Source of the DNA: a candidate division WOR-3 bacterium
GTDB lineage: Bacteria > Hydrothermota > Tepidihabitantia > SM23-42
Length of the DNA: 51,199 nt
Reading direction: 5' to 3'
NCBI GenBank assembly: GCA_014859085.1
Contig: JACUUY010000003.1
Coordinates: 1 to 51,199 of the forward strand
The notes under the pieces are model-generated. The model was not told the DNA's origin and ran no database searches. It was given only the letters and a program-made list of their open reading frames with translations. The position numbers and the translations under genes are program-made. This document shows, piece by piece, positions 9,424 to 18,347 of the stretch (position 1 is its first letter; the number at the start of each line of letters is the position of its first letter).

Positions 9424-10632
9424 TTATTGACCTCCGGCAATCAGAAAGCCAAGCGGCTCATAGAACATAACACCGAGTATCAGCGAGAGGAGCGCCAGCA
9501 TGAAAACCACGGCTACTGCCGCGTTACTCGGGCGTTTGTATCTCGACTTGGCGATATCGCACTTATCTCCGAAGAACACCTCATGGTAGAATCTCGTGAT
9601 GTAGAGCAGGGTAACAACGGCCGAGGCAATGGCGCCAATGCCCAGATATGGAGAATGCCCGACCGCGCTGACGATGACGGCCAGTTTTGAGAAGAATCCG
9701 ATAAGCGGAAAGAAACCGACGAGCGATCCGGCCAGCAATGCCATACCCAGGGTCAGCACCGGCGAAAGTCTGAACATGCAGGACATATTGGTCAGATCAT
9801 CCTCGCCCGTCACGTCCTCGATCAGGCCGACACCGTAGAAGAGCCCGGACTTGGCCAGGGCGTGGGCAAGTATGTATAATATGCCGCCGACCACGCCGTA
9901 CAGCCCGCCCACGGCAAAGGCCAGCAGGACAAAACCAACCTGGCTGATCGTAGAGAATGCGAGCATGTTCCTGAGCTTGTTCGACCGCAGGGCCACGCCG
10001 CCGCCCACGATGCTCGAGACAACGGCCAGCCACGCCACCATCTCCATGAAGGCAGGCGTACCATGCCCGCTCAAAGTGAAAAGACGGAGGAAGAGGATGA
10101 CCCCGATGTTCTCCGCAACCCCGGCAAGACTGCCGCCAAGCGCGGTCGGTATCGCACCGTAGGCCGGCGCCAGCCAGACGTGGAACGGAACGGTCACCGA
10201 CTTGGTCATGATGCCGACGAGCACGAACAAAGCGGCCGTTTCGCTGACCGTGGAGATATCGAATATGCTGAATGTCCCGTTGTCATTGTAGATCATCAAA
10301 ATTCCCACAAGGAGTATGCTTGCGGCGATGAAGTTGATGAGAAATGTCCAGGTCGAGGCCTCGATCTCGGGGGCTCTCCGGTAGTAAGCAACGGCGCGCC
10401 AGGCAGCAAAGGTCGAGACCTCCCAGAAGACGAAGATGAGAAGGATGTTGTACGAGAATGCAACACCCACGCCGGACCCGACGATCAGCAACAACATCAG
10501 GTAGTATTCGAGCCGGTGTCCTTTCTCATGCATCGTGCCGAGCGCGTATACGAATGACATCAGACCGACGAAAACGAAGAGCGCACCCAGCAGGAGACCG
10601 TAGTTATCAATGAAGAAATCGAGTCCGATCAT
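9424..10632 (-). CDS. Short NuoM/MrpD-like antiporter subunit (402 aa)
   Basis: FVFWEV, KSVTVPFHVWL, LAFSTISQVG, HALAKSGLF, GFFSK. Lacks the usual first TM helices. Confidence 0.85.
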   Translation of the reverse strand: MIGLDFFIDNYGLLLGALFVFVGLMSFVYALGTMHEKGHRLEYYLMLLLIVGSGVGVAFSYNILLIFVFWEVSTFAAWRAVAYYRRAPEIEASTWTFLINFIAASILLVGILMIYNDNGTFSIFDISTVSETAALFVLVGIMTKSVTVPFHVWLAPAYGAIPTALGGSLAGVAENIGVILFLRLFTLSGHGTPAFMEMVAWLAVVSSIVGGGVALRSNKLRNMLAFSTISQVGFVLLAFAVGGLYGVVGGILYILAHALAKSGLFYGVGLIEDVTGEDDLTNMSCMFRLSPVLTLGMALLAGSLVGFFPLIGFFSKLAVIVSAVGHSPYLGIGAIASAVVTLLYITRFYHEVFFGDKCDIAKSRYKRPSNAAVAVVFMLALLSLILGVMFYEPLGFLIAGGQ

Positions 10633-11804
10633 CGCTTATATCTCCTTCTTAGTGTCTCGGTTTTCTGCCAGGACAATCGCAGCAGGTCGGCGCCCGAGTA
10701 CTTCGGCTTCCTGTCTTCGTATACCACGGTCCGCTCGGTGCAGCAGTAGCAGGGATCGACCGCGGCCAGGACGAGCGCCGCGTCAGCGATTGAGTATCCC
10801 CTCACCGCCACTTCATTCGACGGAATGTTCATGAAACTGGGCGCTCTTATCTTGTGCCGTATCGGGTAGTTTGAGCCGTCGGAACGGACATAGTGGAAGA
10901 CCTCGCCCCGCGGTGCCTCATGACGCCCGATGCCCTCGCCGGCCGGGATCTCCTCGACCCTGTTCTCGATAGGTCCGTCCGGCATGTTCTTCAGACACTG
11001 TCTCACGATCTTTATCGACTCGAAACATTCCAGCAATCTGACTTTCGCCTTGGCCAGCACATCACCCTCTTCACACACGATCATGTCCCAGGAAATCTTG
11101 TCGTACGCATCATAGGGTTCGTCTTTGCGGACATCTATCGCATACCCGGACCCCCGGGCCGTGGGACCCAGCACGGCGTACGCGACCGCATCCTCCCGGG
11201 ACAGAATGCCCACGCCTTCGAGCCGGGCACGGATCACCGGATCGTCGAGCACGGCTTTCGTGAACATCGTATTCTTTTCCTCGAGCAGATCCAGGTACTT
11301 CTCGATCTTTGGATAATCCTCGGGCAGGATATCCCGGCGCGCGCCGCCGGCCTTATTGATCGCGTAATGGTTCCGGTTGCCCATTATCAATTCGAATAGA
11401 TCGAGCAACGGCTCGCGGTAACGCCAGACCCACATCCAGACCGTGTTGTAACCGATGAAATGACCGGCAAGACCCAACCACAGATAGTGCGAGTGGATAC
11501 GTTCCAGCTCGCCGATGATCGTTCTTATGTATTGCGCACGTAGCGGCACCTCGATGTGTGCCGCATCCTCGATCGCCATAACACAGGCATAGGGGTGGGA
11601 ATCAGAGCAGATCCCGCAGATCCTTTCCACCAGGAAGGGGATCTGGTCCCAGGTGAGCTTCTGAGCGATGAATTCGTGACCCCGGTGGTTGTAACCGATA
11701 TTTATCTCAAGATCGATCACCTTCTCGCCTTCGACGATCAGTTTGAAGAACTCAGGTTCTTCCTGCAGTGGATGGTATGGACCGATCGGTACGATTCTCT
11801 TCAA
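10629..11804 (-). CDS. Group 4 [NiFe]-hydrogenase large subunit (MbhL/EchE/NuoD-like)
   Basis: GPYHP..EEP, HRGHE, L1 ERICGICSDSH, EAPRGE, L2 DPCYCCTER followed by a 33-aa cleavable extension. TTG start with SD. Confidence 0.95.
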   Translation of the reverse strand: MKRIVPIGPYHPLQEEPEFFKLIVEGEKVIDLEINIGYNHRGHEFIAQKLTWDQIPFLVERICGICSDSHPYACVMAIEDAAHIEVPLRAQYIRTIIGELERIHSHYLWLGLAGHFIGYNTVWMWVWRYREPLLDLFELIMGNRNHYAINKAGGARRDILPEDYPKIEKYLDLLEEKNTMFTKAVLDDPVIRARLEGVGILSREDAVAYAVLGPTARGSGYAIDVRKDEPYDAYDKISWDMIVCEEGDVLAKAKVRLLECFESIKIVRQCLKNMPDGPIENRVEEIPAGEGIGRHEAPRGEVFHYVRSDGSNYPIRHKIRAPSFMNIPSNEVAVRGYSIADAALVLAAVDPCYCCTERTVVYEDRKPKYSGADLLRLSWQKTETLRRRYKR

Positions 11805-12289
11805 TGCCCCCTCCTTGATCTGCCTTCGTCCATTTTCTCATGCTCATCGCGGTAATCACGGCGCAGAGGGTGAAGGTCCGCAGGCCAGGTTTCGGCGGTC
11901 AGGAGCGGCACAAGATTCGGATGGCCGGTGAAATCCACGCCGAGCAACTCGTGGACCTCGCGTTCGATCCAGTTTGCCGCCGGCAGGAAATCGGCAAGAC
12001 TCTTTATCTTCGGATCGTCTTTGGGCACGACGGTCTTCAGACTGTAGAATGTACCTGCCTTATCGTGCGAAAAATGATACAAAATCTCGATCCCGTCCCG
12101 GGTGTCAATGCCGGTTGCGATCGAAAACCGGAAGCCCAGTTCGCAATGAAGGAAGCGCGCCAGATCGTATAACTGCTCCCGCGGTATCCTGATGTAAACG
12201 CGCCGGGGTCCATGCACCTTCACCAAGATCTCGGGGAACTTCTCGCTTATTTGATCCAGAATCTCTCTTGAATATTCTTTCTTCATCAT
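11801..12289 (-). CDS. Hydrogenase subunit, NuoC/MbhK/EchD-like
   Basis: SIATGID, AANWIEREVHELLGVDFTGHP, HPLRRD. Start reset to ATG 12289 (ATGA overlap). Confidence 0.9.
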   Translation of the reverse strand: MMKKEYSREILDQISEKFPEILVKVHGPRRVYIRIPREQLYDLARFLHCELGFRFSIATGIDTRDGIEILYHFSHDKAGTFYSLKTVVPKDDPKIKSLADFLPAANWIEREVHELLGVDFTGHPNLVPLLTAETWPADLHPLRRDYRDEHEKMDEGRSRRGH

Positions 12290-12702
12290 AGCCTCTTCAG
12301 TGCTTTCACGACACCGCTGATGATCGCCTCGGGTTTGGGCGGGCACCCGGGTATGTAGACATCGACCGGAATGTGTTTGTCGTATGGCCCGACCGCATTG
12401 TAGGAAGGCCTGAATATGTGATTGTCGCACGTGCAGCTGCCCACAGCTATGACCAGGCACGGTTTAGGTGTTTGTTCATAGACGTGTATCACGCGCGGCA
12501 GTGATTTCCGGTTGAGGACACCGGTCACGAGCAACGCATCGGCATGCCGGGGTGAACCGACAAGCACGATCCCGAAGCGTTCAACGTCCCAGCGCGGTGT
12601 GATCACGTCGAGTATTTCAATATCGCAGTTGTTGCAGGACGCCGCAGCCACGTGGAAGACCCATGGTGATTTCTTCAGGCCCCAGAGTTTTGCATTCGTC
12701 AT
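12286..12702 (-). CDS. Hydrogenase small subunit (NuoB/MbhJ/EchC-like)
   Basis: SCNNCDIE, SPRHADALLVTG, GSC, PGCPPKPE. Confidence 0.95.
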   Translation of the reverse strand: MTNAKLWGLKKSPWVFHVAAASCNNCDIEILDVITPRWDVERFGIVLVGSPRHADALLVTGVLNRKSLPRVIHVYEQTPKPCLVIAVGSCTCDNHIFRPSYNAVGPYDKHIPVDVYIPGCPPKPEAIISGVVKALKRL

Positions 12703-12717
12703 AGATACTCCTTCTCC

Positions 12718-13638
12718 TTATAGACCGTAGAATGTCAGAACCAGACCGATGATCGACAGGATACCGGTGCCGATCCAGAAGAATCTCAGTGACTGGTCGA
12801 TACGCAGCCTCGGATTGGTGTTCTTGATCAATATAACGAGCACGACTATGACCAGGAATTTCAATACTGCCCACCAGTCAGCAAAACCACCCCACAGCAG
12901 GGAAATGGTGAAGAGCGGAAGGACAAACAACATCATCGCCCTGGTCAGCTTGAACAATGCCAGACTCACGCCGGAATACTCGATGAAGGGACCGGCCATG
13001 ATCTCCTGCTCGGCTTCGGGCGCGTCGAACGGCACATAACCCAATTTCGCCTGCATAGTAAGGAGCATGACGACCCCGGCAATCGCGCCGGAGAACGAGT
13101 AAAGAAAAGGACCCTGAGCCGCCTGCGCGCTTATTATCTCGCCGATCCGGATCGTACCGCCCGCCTTGATAATGATACTTGTGATCACGATCAGAAAAGG
13201 GAGTTCGTAGGCAAAATACTGGGTCATCTCCCGCGATGCGCCGACGCTGGCCAGGGGATTTTTGGATGCCGAGCCGCCGATGATGATACCGATGGGCGGC
13301 AGGGCAAGCAAGTAAATGATGACGATCAGATCGCCAACGAACGTCACTTGCGGGTTGAAATTCATTGAGAACAGCATCACGGCCAGGATCGTCATGGCCA
13401 CGACGCCCAGCACCGGTCCGAGCAGGAAAAGGACTTTGGATGCGCCCTCAGGCACTATCGTTTCTTTCAAAAGCAGTTTCAGAAAATCCGCATACGGCTG
13501 GTACCACGGCGGACCGACCCGCCAGTGGATCCGCGCGGTGACTTTCCGGTCGATCCATGTGAGAAAAAGACCTACGACCGAAGTGAACAGAAATCCGGGG
13601 AACACTAGATATGCGACGATGATCCTTAGTATGCTCAT
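12718..13638 (-). CDS. Membrane anchor subunit (NuoH/MbhM/HycD-like)
   Basis: DRKVTARIHWRVGPPWYQPYADFLKL, PFDAPEAEQEIMAGPFIEYSG, PRLRIDQ. Confidence 0.93.
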   Translation of the reverse strand: MSILRIIVAYLVFPGFLFTSVVGLFLTWIDRKVTARIHWRVGPPWYQPYADFLKLLLKETIVPEGASKVLFLLGPVLGVVAMTILAVMLFSMNFNPQVTFVGDLIVIIYLLALPPIGIIIGGSASKNPLASVGASREMTQYFAYELPFLIVITSIIIKAGGTIRIGEIISAQAAQGPFLYSFSGAIAGVVMLLTMQAKLGYVPFDAPEAEQEIMAGPFIEYSGVSLALFKLTRAMMLFVLPLFTISLLWGGFADWWAVLKFLVIVVLVILIKNTNPRLRIDQSLRFFWIGTGILSIIGLVLTFYGL

Positions 13639-14105
13639 GACCTTCTCCTGAAGAATTGATCTTTGGAAACTAGTCTCATACCGATCTCGTGGCGCCCTAT
13701 GTCCTCATCACTCAGCCACTGCAAAGCACCCGAGGAACATGCGGCAACACAGCGGGGACCCTGTTCCCGGTCTGAGCACAGATTACACTTCTGCGATACA
13801 TGCCTTATCAAAGGAGCATCAATAACGCCAAAGGAGCAGGCGAACGCACAGCTCCTGCATCCGATGCAGGTGAATGCAGAACGGACCACCAGACCATTCA
13901 CTTCATCCTTGGTTATCGCCTCGACCGGACAAGCAGCAAGACAGAGCGGCTGTTTGCAGTGCTTGCAGGCAAGTGGTAGATAGGCAACGCCGCTGATATC
14001 GCCATGCCGGATGCGCGCCTCACCCTTGAATGCCGCCCGGCAGGCCGCTTCACATGAGCGGCATCCACAACATAGATCAAGATCCAGGACTATTCTTCTC
14101 TGCAT
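13635..14105 (-). CDS. 4x[4Fe-4S] electron-transfer protein (HycB/HyfA/DmsB-like)
   Basis: CCGCRSCEAAC, CKHCKQPLCLAACP, CIGCRSCAFAC, CNLC..PRCVAAC. Confidence 0.9.
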   Translation of the reverse strand: MQRRIVLDLDLCCGCRSCEAACRAAFKGEARIRHGDISGVAYLPLACKHCKQPLCLAACPVEAITKDEVNGLVVRSAFTCIGCRSCAFACSFGVIDAPLIRHVSQKCNLCSDREQGPRCVAACSSGALQWLSDEDIGRHEIGMRLVSKDQFFRRRS

Positions 14106-15667
14106 ATTTTAACCTCGGTTGGCACAAAGCTGATTGCCCGGTTGTCTTCTTCAATCACGTAATCGAAAAGTCCCCGCACCTCCGGACTCTCGGCCGGCAC
14201 GGCGACGACACCGGGGTCGACGTCGCTGGTCAGCGTGACTCTCAGACCGTGACTCCCTCTTTTCGACTCCACGGCCACCATATCACCCTGACGCAGGGTG
14301 AGCATGGCTCCATCCGCAGGGTTCATTTTAAGCATCTCTTTATCGAGGAGATTCAGGTAATAAAACGCGATCTTTTCACCGATCAGCCGGAAATGATCCT
14401 TCTTCGGCTTGATGGACATGTCAAGGATCCGGCCGATGCGCGAATCGATATCAACCCTGGGTTCTTGCGTTTCAGCCACCTTGAGCTTTTCACTCTTCGC
14501 CTCGCACATGGAAAGCATCTCACTGACCGTCTTGGCACCGCTTGCCGGTTTGACCGAGCCCGTGAGTTTCCTCGGTCCGAAAGTGGTCATGATGGTGCCG
14601 CTCTTCTCGATATTGAGAGCGGCAGGCAATGCGGTGCAGCCGTCGTACTTCAAGGTCGATGTAGCAAAGACATCCACATTCTTCAAAGCCGGCAGCAGTT
14701 GGGGATAATAGAACGGGAACAGTTCGCCGAAATTGATCAGGTACTTGATCCCTTTCTTCTTTATCGCATCAAGGATCCCGGCAAAACTCATCTTCCCCTT
14801 ATAACCCGCAAATTCGACATAGGGAACGACGGCCTTCCCGCTGTAGTCGCTGAGCACCCTCAACCCCTCGGTCAATAAAACAGGATCATAGGTGTGTGCG
14901 AATGGCAGGCATGCGATTATGAGGCCCTTCCCGGCTCTCCGGAAGGACTCGGCAAGTTCGCTGATCCGGGCGCCGGGAATACCCGTGGCCTTGGCGATAT
15001 CAACCCCGGACAGTTCGCGTTGCGCGAGTGCCAGGAGCAGGAGCGGTTCGGTGCCGACGCGGACCTTCAAGAATTCATGGGCATACGCCGCGGTATGGGT
15101 GCGTATCGAGTCAATGACATAAAGTCTCCGGTCACGGCTGCCCAGCCGCCAGTTGATGATCGACTTCGAAGACACCGGCGCCTGATTGAATGGATCGCCC
15201 AGGATGACAATGGTCTGTGCCGACTCCATCTCTTTCTCGGAAAAATCACTCCGGAGAAAATCCGACAAACAGGTTTCCGGTTCAAGATACGAAGAGGCAA
15301 ACTGCTTTATGCCCGCGCCCTGGCAGAAACCGGCGATCGACTGGTATTCTTCAAGTGTTATATTCCGGTCGAACGTCACGGCCACGGTTTCGGGGCTGGC
15401 AAGCGCTTTTTTTAGTTCGGCGGTGATCTTTGTCCACTCTACGGCCCGGCCGCCCCGGCTCGGAGAACAAAGCCGGCGCGGATGATCGAGATACAATCCC
15501 GCCGCGCTGCCTCTTGGACAGAGCCTGCCCCCGCTGCAGCCGTCTTTGAGATATTCAACACCCTTTATGCCGAAGTCATCGAAGACCACACCGAATTCAC
15601 AACCATAACTGCAGAACGGGCAGAGCACCGGCTTCGTGGTCGTGGTTTTGGGATCGATCGTATTCAT
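14090..15667 (-). CDS. Molybdopterin-oxidoreductase-fold protein, probably non-catalytic (FdhF/NuoG C-terminal-like)
   Basis: N-terminal CPFCSYGC...LCPRG [4Fe-4S] motif, LPAALNIEKSGT, C-terminal MNPADG..GDMVAVESKRG. No recognisable Cys/Sec metal-ligand segment. Start reset to ATG 15667 (ATGA overlap), 525 aa. Confidence 0.8.
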   Translation of the reverse strand: MNTIDPKTTTTKPVLCPFCSYGCEFGVVFDDFGIKGVEYLKDGCSGGRLCPRGSAAGLYLDHPRRLCSPSRGGRAVEWTKITAELKKALASPETVAVTFDRNITLEEYQSIAGFCQGAGIKQFASSYLEPETCLSDFLRSDFSEKEMESAQTIVILGDPFNQAPVSSKSIINWRLGSRDRRLYVIDSIRTHTAAYAHEFLKVRVGTEPLLLLALAQRELSGVDIAKATGIPGARISELAESFRRAGKGLIIACLPFAHTYDPVLLTEGLRVLSDYSGKAVVPYVEFAGYKGKMSFAGILDAIKKKGIKYLINFGELFPFYYPQLLPALKNVDVFATSTLKYDGCTALPAALNIEKSGTIMTTFGPRKLTGSVKPASGAKTVSEMLSMCEAKSEKLKVAETQEPRVDIDSRIGRILDMSIKPKKDHFRLIGEKIAFYYLNLLDKEMLKMNPADGAMLTLRQGDMVAVESKRGSHGLRVTLTSDVDPGVVAVPAESPEVRGLFDYVIEEDNRAISFVPTEVKICREE

Positions 15668-16479
15668 AGGAATGGCTCCTCTATATCCTTGATATCCTTC
15701 CAGGTCAGTACCGGTCCATCCTTGCACACGTAGTATTTTCCCAGCCGGCAGTGATTGCACTTGCCCAAACCGCATGACATATTCTGTTCCATGGACAGGT
15801 ATACGTTCGCATCGTTGAAGCCTGCCGCGAGCAGCTTCTGGGTCGTGAATTTCATCATCAGCGGCGGACCGCAGACCACGGTCGGTGCAGTCTTAACGTT
15901 GACCGGGATCTCGTCCAGGATCACGGTCACGACACCGACCCTGCCCTTCCACGATTCGTCATCGACATCGACCGTCATCAGTATGTCGACACTCGGCAGC
16001 TTCTCCCACGTCGGGATCAACTGTCTATACACGATGTCTTTTGGCGTGCGGGCTCCATATCGGATATAGATCTTCCTGTATTTGTCGATGTTATGCACGA
16101 GTGCCAGGAACAGCGAACGCAGCGGAGCAAAACCGACACCGCCGCCAACAATGAATATATCCTTGCCCTCAAAATCCCTCAATGGATAAGGCTTTCCGAA
16201 CGGCCCCCGGACACCGAGCAGGTCACCCTCTTTGAGCGCGCACAGGGCGCCGGTCACGCGACCGACCTGCATGATCGTGAATTCAAGGTCTCCGCCGTAG
16301 GGTGATGATGAGGGAGTGAAGGGTGCTTCGCCCACGCCTGGGATCGTCAGTTCGGCAAATTGCCCAGCCTCAAATTCGATCGGTTTGCCATCGAGGATGA
16401 AGGTCGTAATGTTAGGCGTCTCGGGTATGATCTTCTTGATCCTGGCGGGAATGGGATAATAAGGATTCACGCGTTCCAT
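15664..16479 (-). CDS. FAD/NAD(P)-binding [2Fe-2S] subunit (AsrB / sulfhydrogenase gamma / PyrK family)
   Basis: GEAPFTPSS, RGPFG, GGGVGFAP, CGPP, MSCGLGKCNHC..VCKDGP. Confidence 0.92.
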   Translation of the reverse strand: MERVNPYYPIPARIKKIIPETPNITTFILDGKPIEFEAGQFAELTIPGVGEAPFTPSSSPYGGDLEFTIMQVGRVTGALCALKEGDLLGVRGPFGKPYPLRDFEGKDIFIVGGGVGFAPLRSLFLALVHNIDKYRKIYIRYGARTPKDIVYRQLIPTWEKLPSVDILMTVDVDDESWKGRVGVVTVILDEIPVNVKTAPTVVCGPPLMMKFTTQKLLAAGFNDANVYLSMEQNMSCGLGKCNHCRLGKYYVCKDGPVLTWKDIKDIEEPFL

Positions 16480-17471
16480 AGGATCTCCCTTATGTCAATC
16501 TTTGCCGAACAACCGAGCCAGCAGCGGCCGCAGCCCGAACAGGAATAAATACTCTCATACTGATAGAAATAGTTGAACTTGCACTGAAACCGGTTCCAGA
16601 ACCGCTCGTCGAGCCGGCTGCGCGGATTCGCGCCGCCGCCCACCCGAGCGTAGGCAGCGTAGTAGCAGGCATCCCATGCTCTGACCCTTTCGATATCACT
16701 CCCCCGCTTGTAATCGCTGAGCAGGAAACAATAACACGTGGGACAACCGTGCAGGCATGCGTGGCATTCGACGCACTCACCCCGGGCGTCACGGATCCGG
16801 CTTTTTTCGGCTGAGGCAATGCGGTCGGGAAGATTCTTTTTCAAGGACTTCTCGTTTATCTTTCTGACCTTGCTCAAGGCCTCCTTACGGATCAGCGCGC
16901 GTTCTTTCTCGTCTTCGCCGCCGGCCTCGGTGAAGAGACCCTGATGCTTCTTTATTATCTCCTCGCCCTTCTCGGTGAAGACCTCGAATAACAGACCGCG
17001 GGAGACCACGGTAAAATTGACATCACCAACGCCTTCACCGTATGGATTCAACCCGACGAGACTGCAAAAACAGGATTCCTCAGGCACCGGACAATCCGCT
17101 GAGATCAAAAAAACATTTTTCCGGCGCTCCCGGTACACAGGATCCACTGGTTCCCACTTCAAGAAAACCCGATCATACACGTCAACGCCGCGGAGATCGC
17201 AGTTCTTGATGCCGAACAGATATGTCACCGGGAATTCTTTCTTTTCATCATTAGGGAACCGTGCCACGGTGTGACGACTGGGAAAGAAGAAATGCTTGAC
17301 GTTCTCGGCGGTCCTTATTCTTCTGAAATCGGGTTTGAATGGCTTGCCTTCAGCGTATTTCTGCAGGTGCGTCTTGCCATTCTCGAGATAAGGGTAAAAA
17401 ACAGCACCGTCCGCAGACAGTGCCTGAACAAAATCTGATATTTTTTCTGCGGGGAGAAGAGTGAATTTCAT
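16467..17471 (-). CDS. Fe-S subunit (AsrA / sulfhydrogenase beta family)
   Basis: FGIKNCD, CFC, CVECHACLHGCPTCYC, R.WDAC, CSGCGRCWLGC. Confidence 0.9.
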   Translation of the reverse strand: MKFTLLPAEKISDFVQALSADGAVFYPYLENGKTHLQKYAEGKPFKPDFRRIRTAENVKHFFFPSRHTVARFPNDEKKEFPVTYLFGIKNCDLRGVDVYDRVFLKWEPVDPVYRERRKNVFLISADCPVPEESCFCSLVGLNPYGEGVGDVNFTVVSRGLLFEVFTEKGEEIIKKHQGLFTEAGGEDEKERALIRKEALSKVRKINEKSLKKNLPDRIASAEKSRIRDARGECVECHACLHGCPTCYCFLLSDYKRGSDIERVRAWDACYYAAYARVGGGANPRSRLDERFWNRFQCKFNYFYQYESIYSCSGCGRCWLGCSAKIDIREILWNA

Positions 17472-17478
17472 AGCTTTG

Positions 17479-17506
17479 ATTATACTGTTAATTGCTACTG
17501 TGTCAA
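17479..17506 (-). promoter_or_regulatory. Consensus sigma70 promoter of the hydrogenase operon, predicted leaderless
   Basis: TTGACA(17506-17501)-N16-TATAAT(17484-17479), ATG 7 nt downstream, no SD. Confidence 0.8.
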
Positions 17507-17626
17507 CACTCTCTGGACGCGAGAGTATTGAACAGTATACTTGACATGACGGCGTGTCCTGCCGGAGGCAGGCATCCGAAAAACATCCAGAATGTAGGCA
17601 CGCACGCGGGAAAGTAATTTCGGAGA

Positions 17627-18103
17627 TTATCTGAGTTGTTCAGATAATGCCTCATATATTTTGATTATATCAAAATCATTCATCTTGTCAATATCGTTAA
17701 GTAGTGTAATCAAGCGTTCCGCGACGGTTCTGACCGGTGGTGAGAACTCTGCGTAGGAACGCACGGGCACGCCCACGAAACAGACTTCCTTCACGCCGCT
17801 GCCCTTGAGGAACCCGTATAATGCGGCAAGCGACAGATTGTGGGTGGACACGGACAAGAAACTCCGGCCCAGGATTTCATCGTTTTTCAGCAGCACGCTC
17901 GTTTTATCGGGTCCGCGCACGGTATCGAGGAAGATCACCATATCCGGCGCCAGCGAAACGATCTCGTTGAGGTAGTTCTCCGGGTATAACCCGCAATCGA
18001 TCTTTTTCAGTCTCTCCCCTTCGTTCAGGCGCGCGACAACGAACGGGCCGAACATGTCATCACCCCGCTCAACATTGCCTATCCCGCATACTACAACACG
18101 CAT
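17627..18103 (-). CDS. hycI: Hydrogenase maturation endopeptidase
   Basis: GIGNVERGDDMFG, PEN, STHNLSL. Start at ATG 18103. Confidence 0.9.
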   Translation of the reverse strand: MRVVVCGIGNVERGDDMFGPFVVARLNEGERLKKIDCGLYPENYLNEIVSLAPDMVIFLDTVRGPDKTSVLLKNDEILGRSFLSVSTHNLSLAALYGFLKGSGVKEVCFVGVPVRSYAEFSPPVRTVAERLITLLNDIDKMNDFDIIKIYEALSEQLR

Positions 18104-18109
18104 CAGAAC

Positions 18110-18137
18110 ATTATAGCCGCCACGCATGTACTGTCAA
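18110..18137 (-). promoter_or_regulatory. Consensus sigma70 promoter of hycI, predicted leaderless
   Basis: TTGACA(18137-18132)-N16-TATAAT(18115-18110), ATG 6 nt downstream. Confidence 0.8.
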
Positions 18138-18150
18138 CGACATTACCCCA

Positions 18151-18185
18151 ATGATCCTGGATTCTTGATACTGGATACTGGATAT
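18151..18185. repeat. Heptamer array, (TGGATAC)n family
   Basis: atgatcc tggattc ttgatac tggatac tggatat. An inverted copy lies at 18330-18347 and resumes at 18518-18531. Confidence 0.8.
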
Positions 18186-18347
18186 GAAATCCTGAATACA
18201 AAAACCAACGTTCTAGACCGTGGCAACGATGGGAAGAATTGTGTCGCGCAACCGTCGTTCCAATCATCCACGGCTTTCAGTCTCATCCACTGTTTTGGTC
18301 ATTTGTGTTTTGGTGATTCGGATTTGTCATCCAGTATCCAGCATCTG

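Noticed and set aside
10629-11804. [NiFeSe] hydrogenase, or a non-hydrogenase NuoD/Mbx/Ehr subunit
   Set aside because: All four Ni-ligating Cys are present as Cys codons, and hycI and hyp genes are nearby.
14090-15667. Active (seleno)formate dehydrogenase
   Set aside because: No in-frame TGA, no C/U-H ligand motif, and the protein is too short.
15664-17471. Anaerobic sulfite reductase asrABC
   Set aside because: No siroheme AsrC gene; the pair is translationally coupled to the hydrogenase genes.
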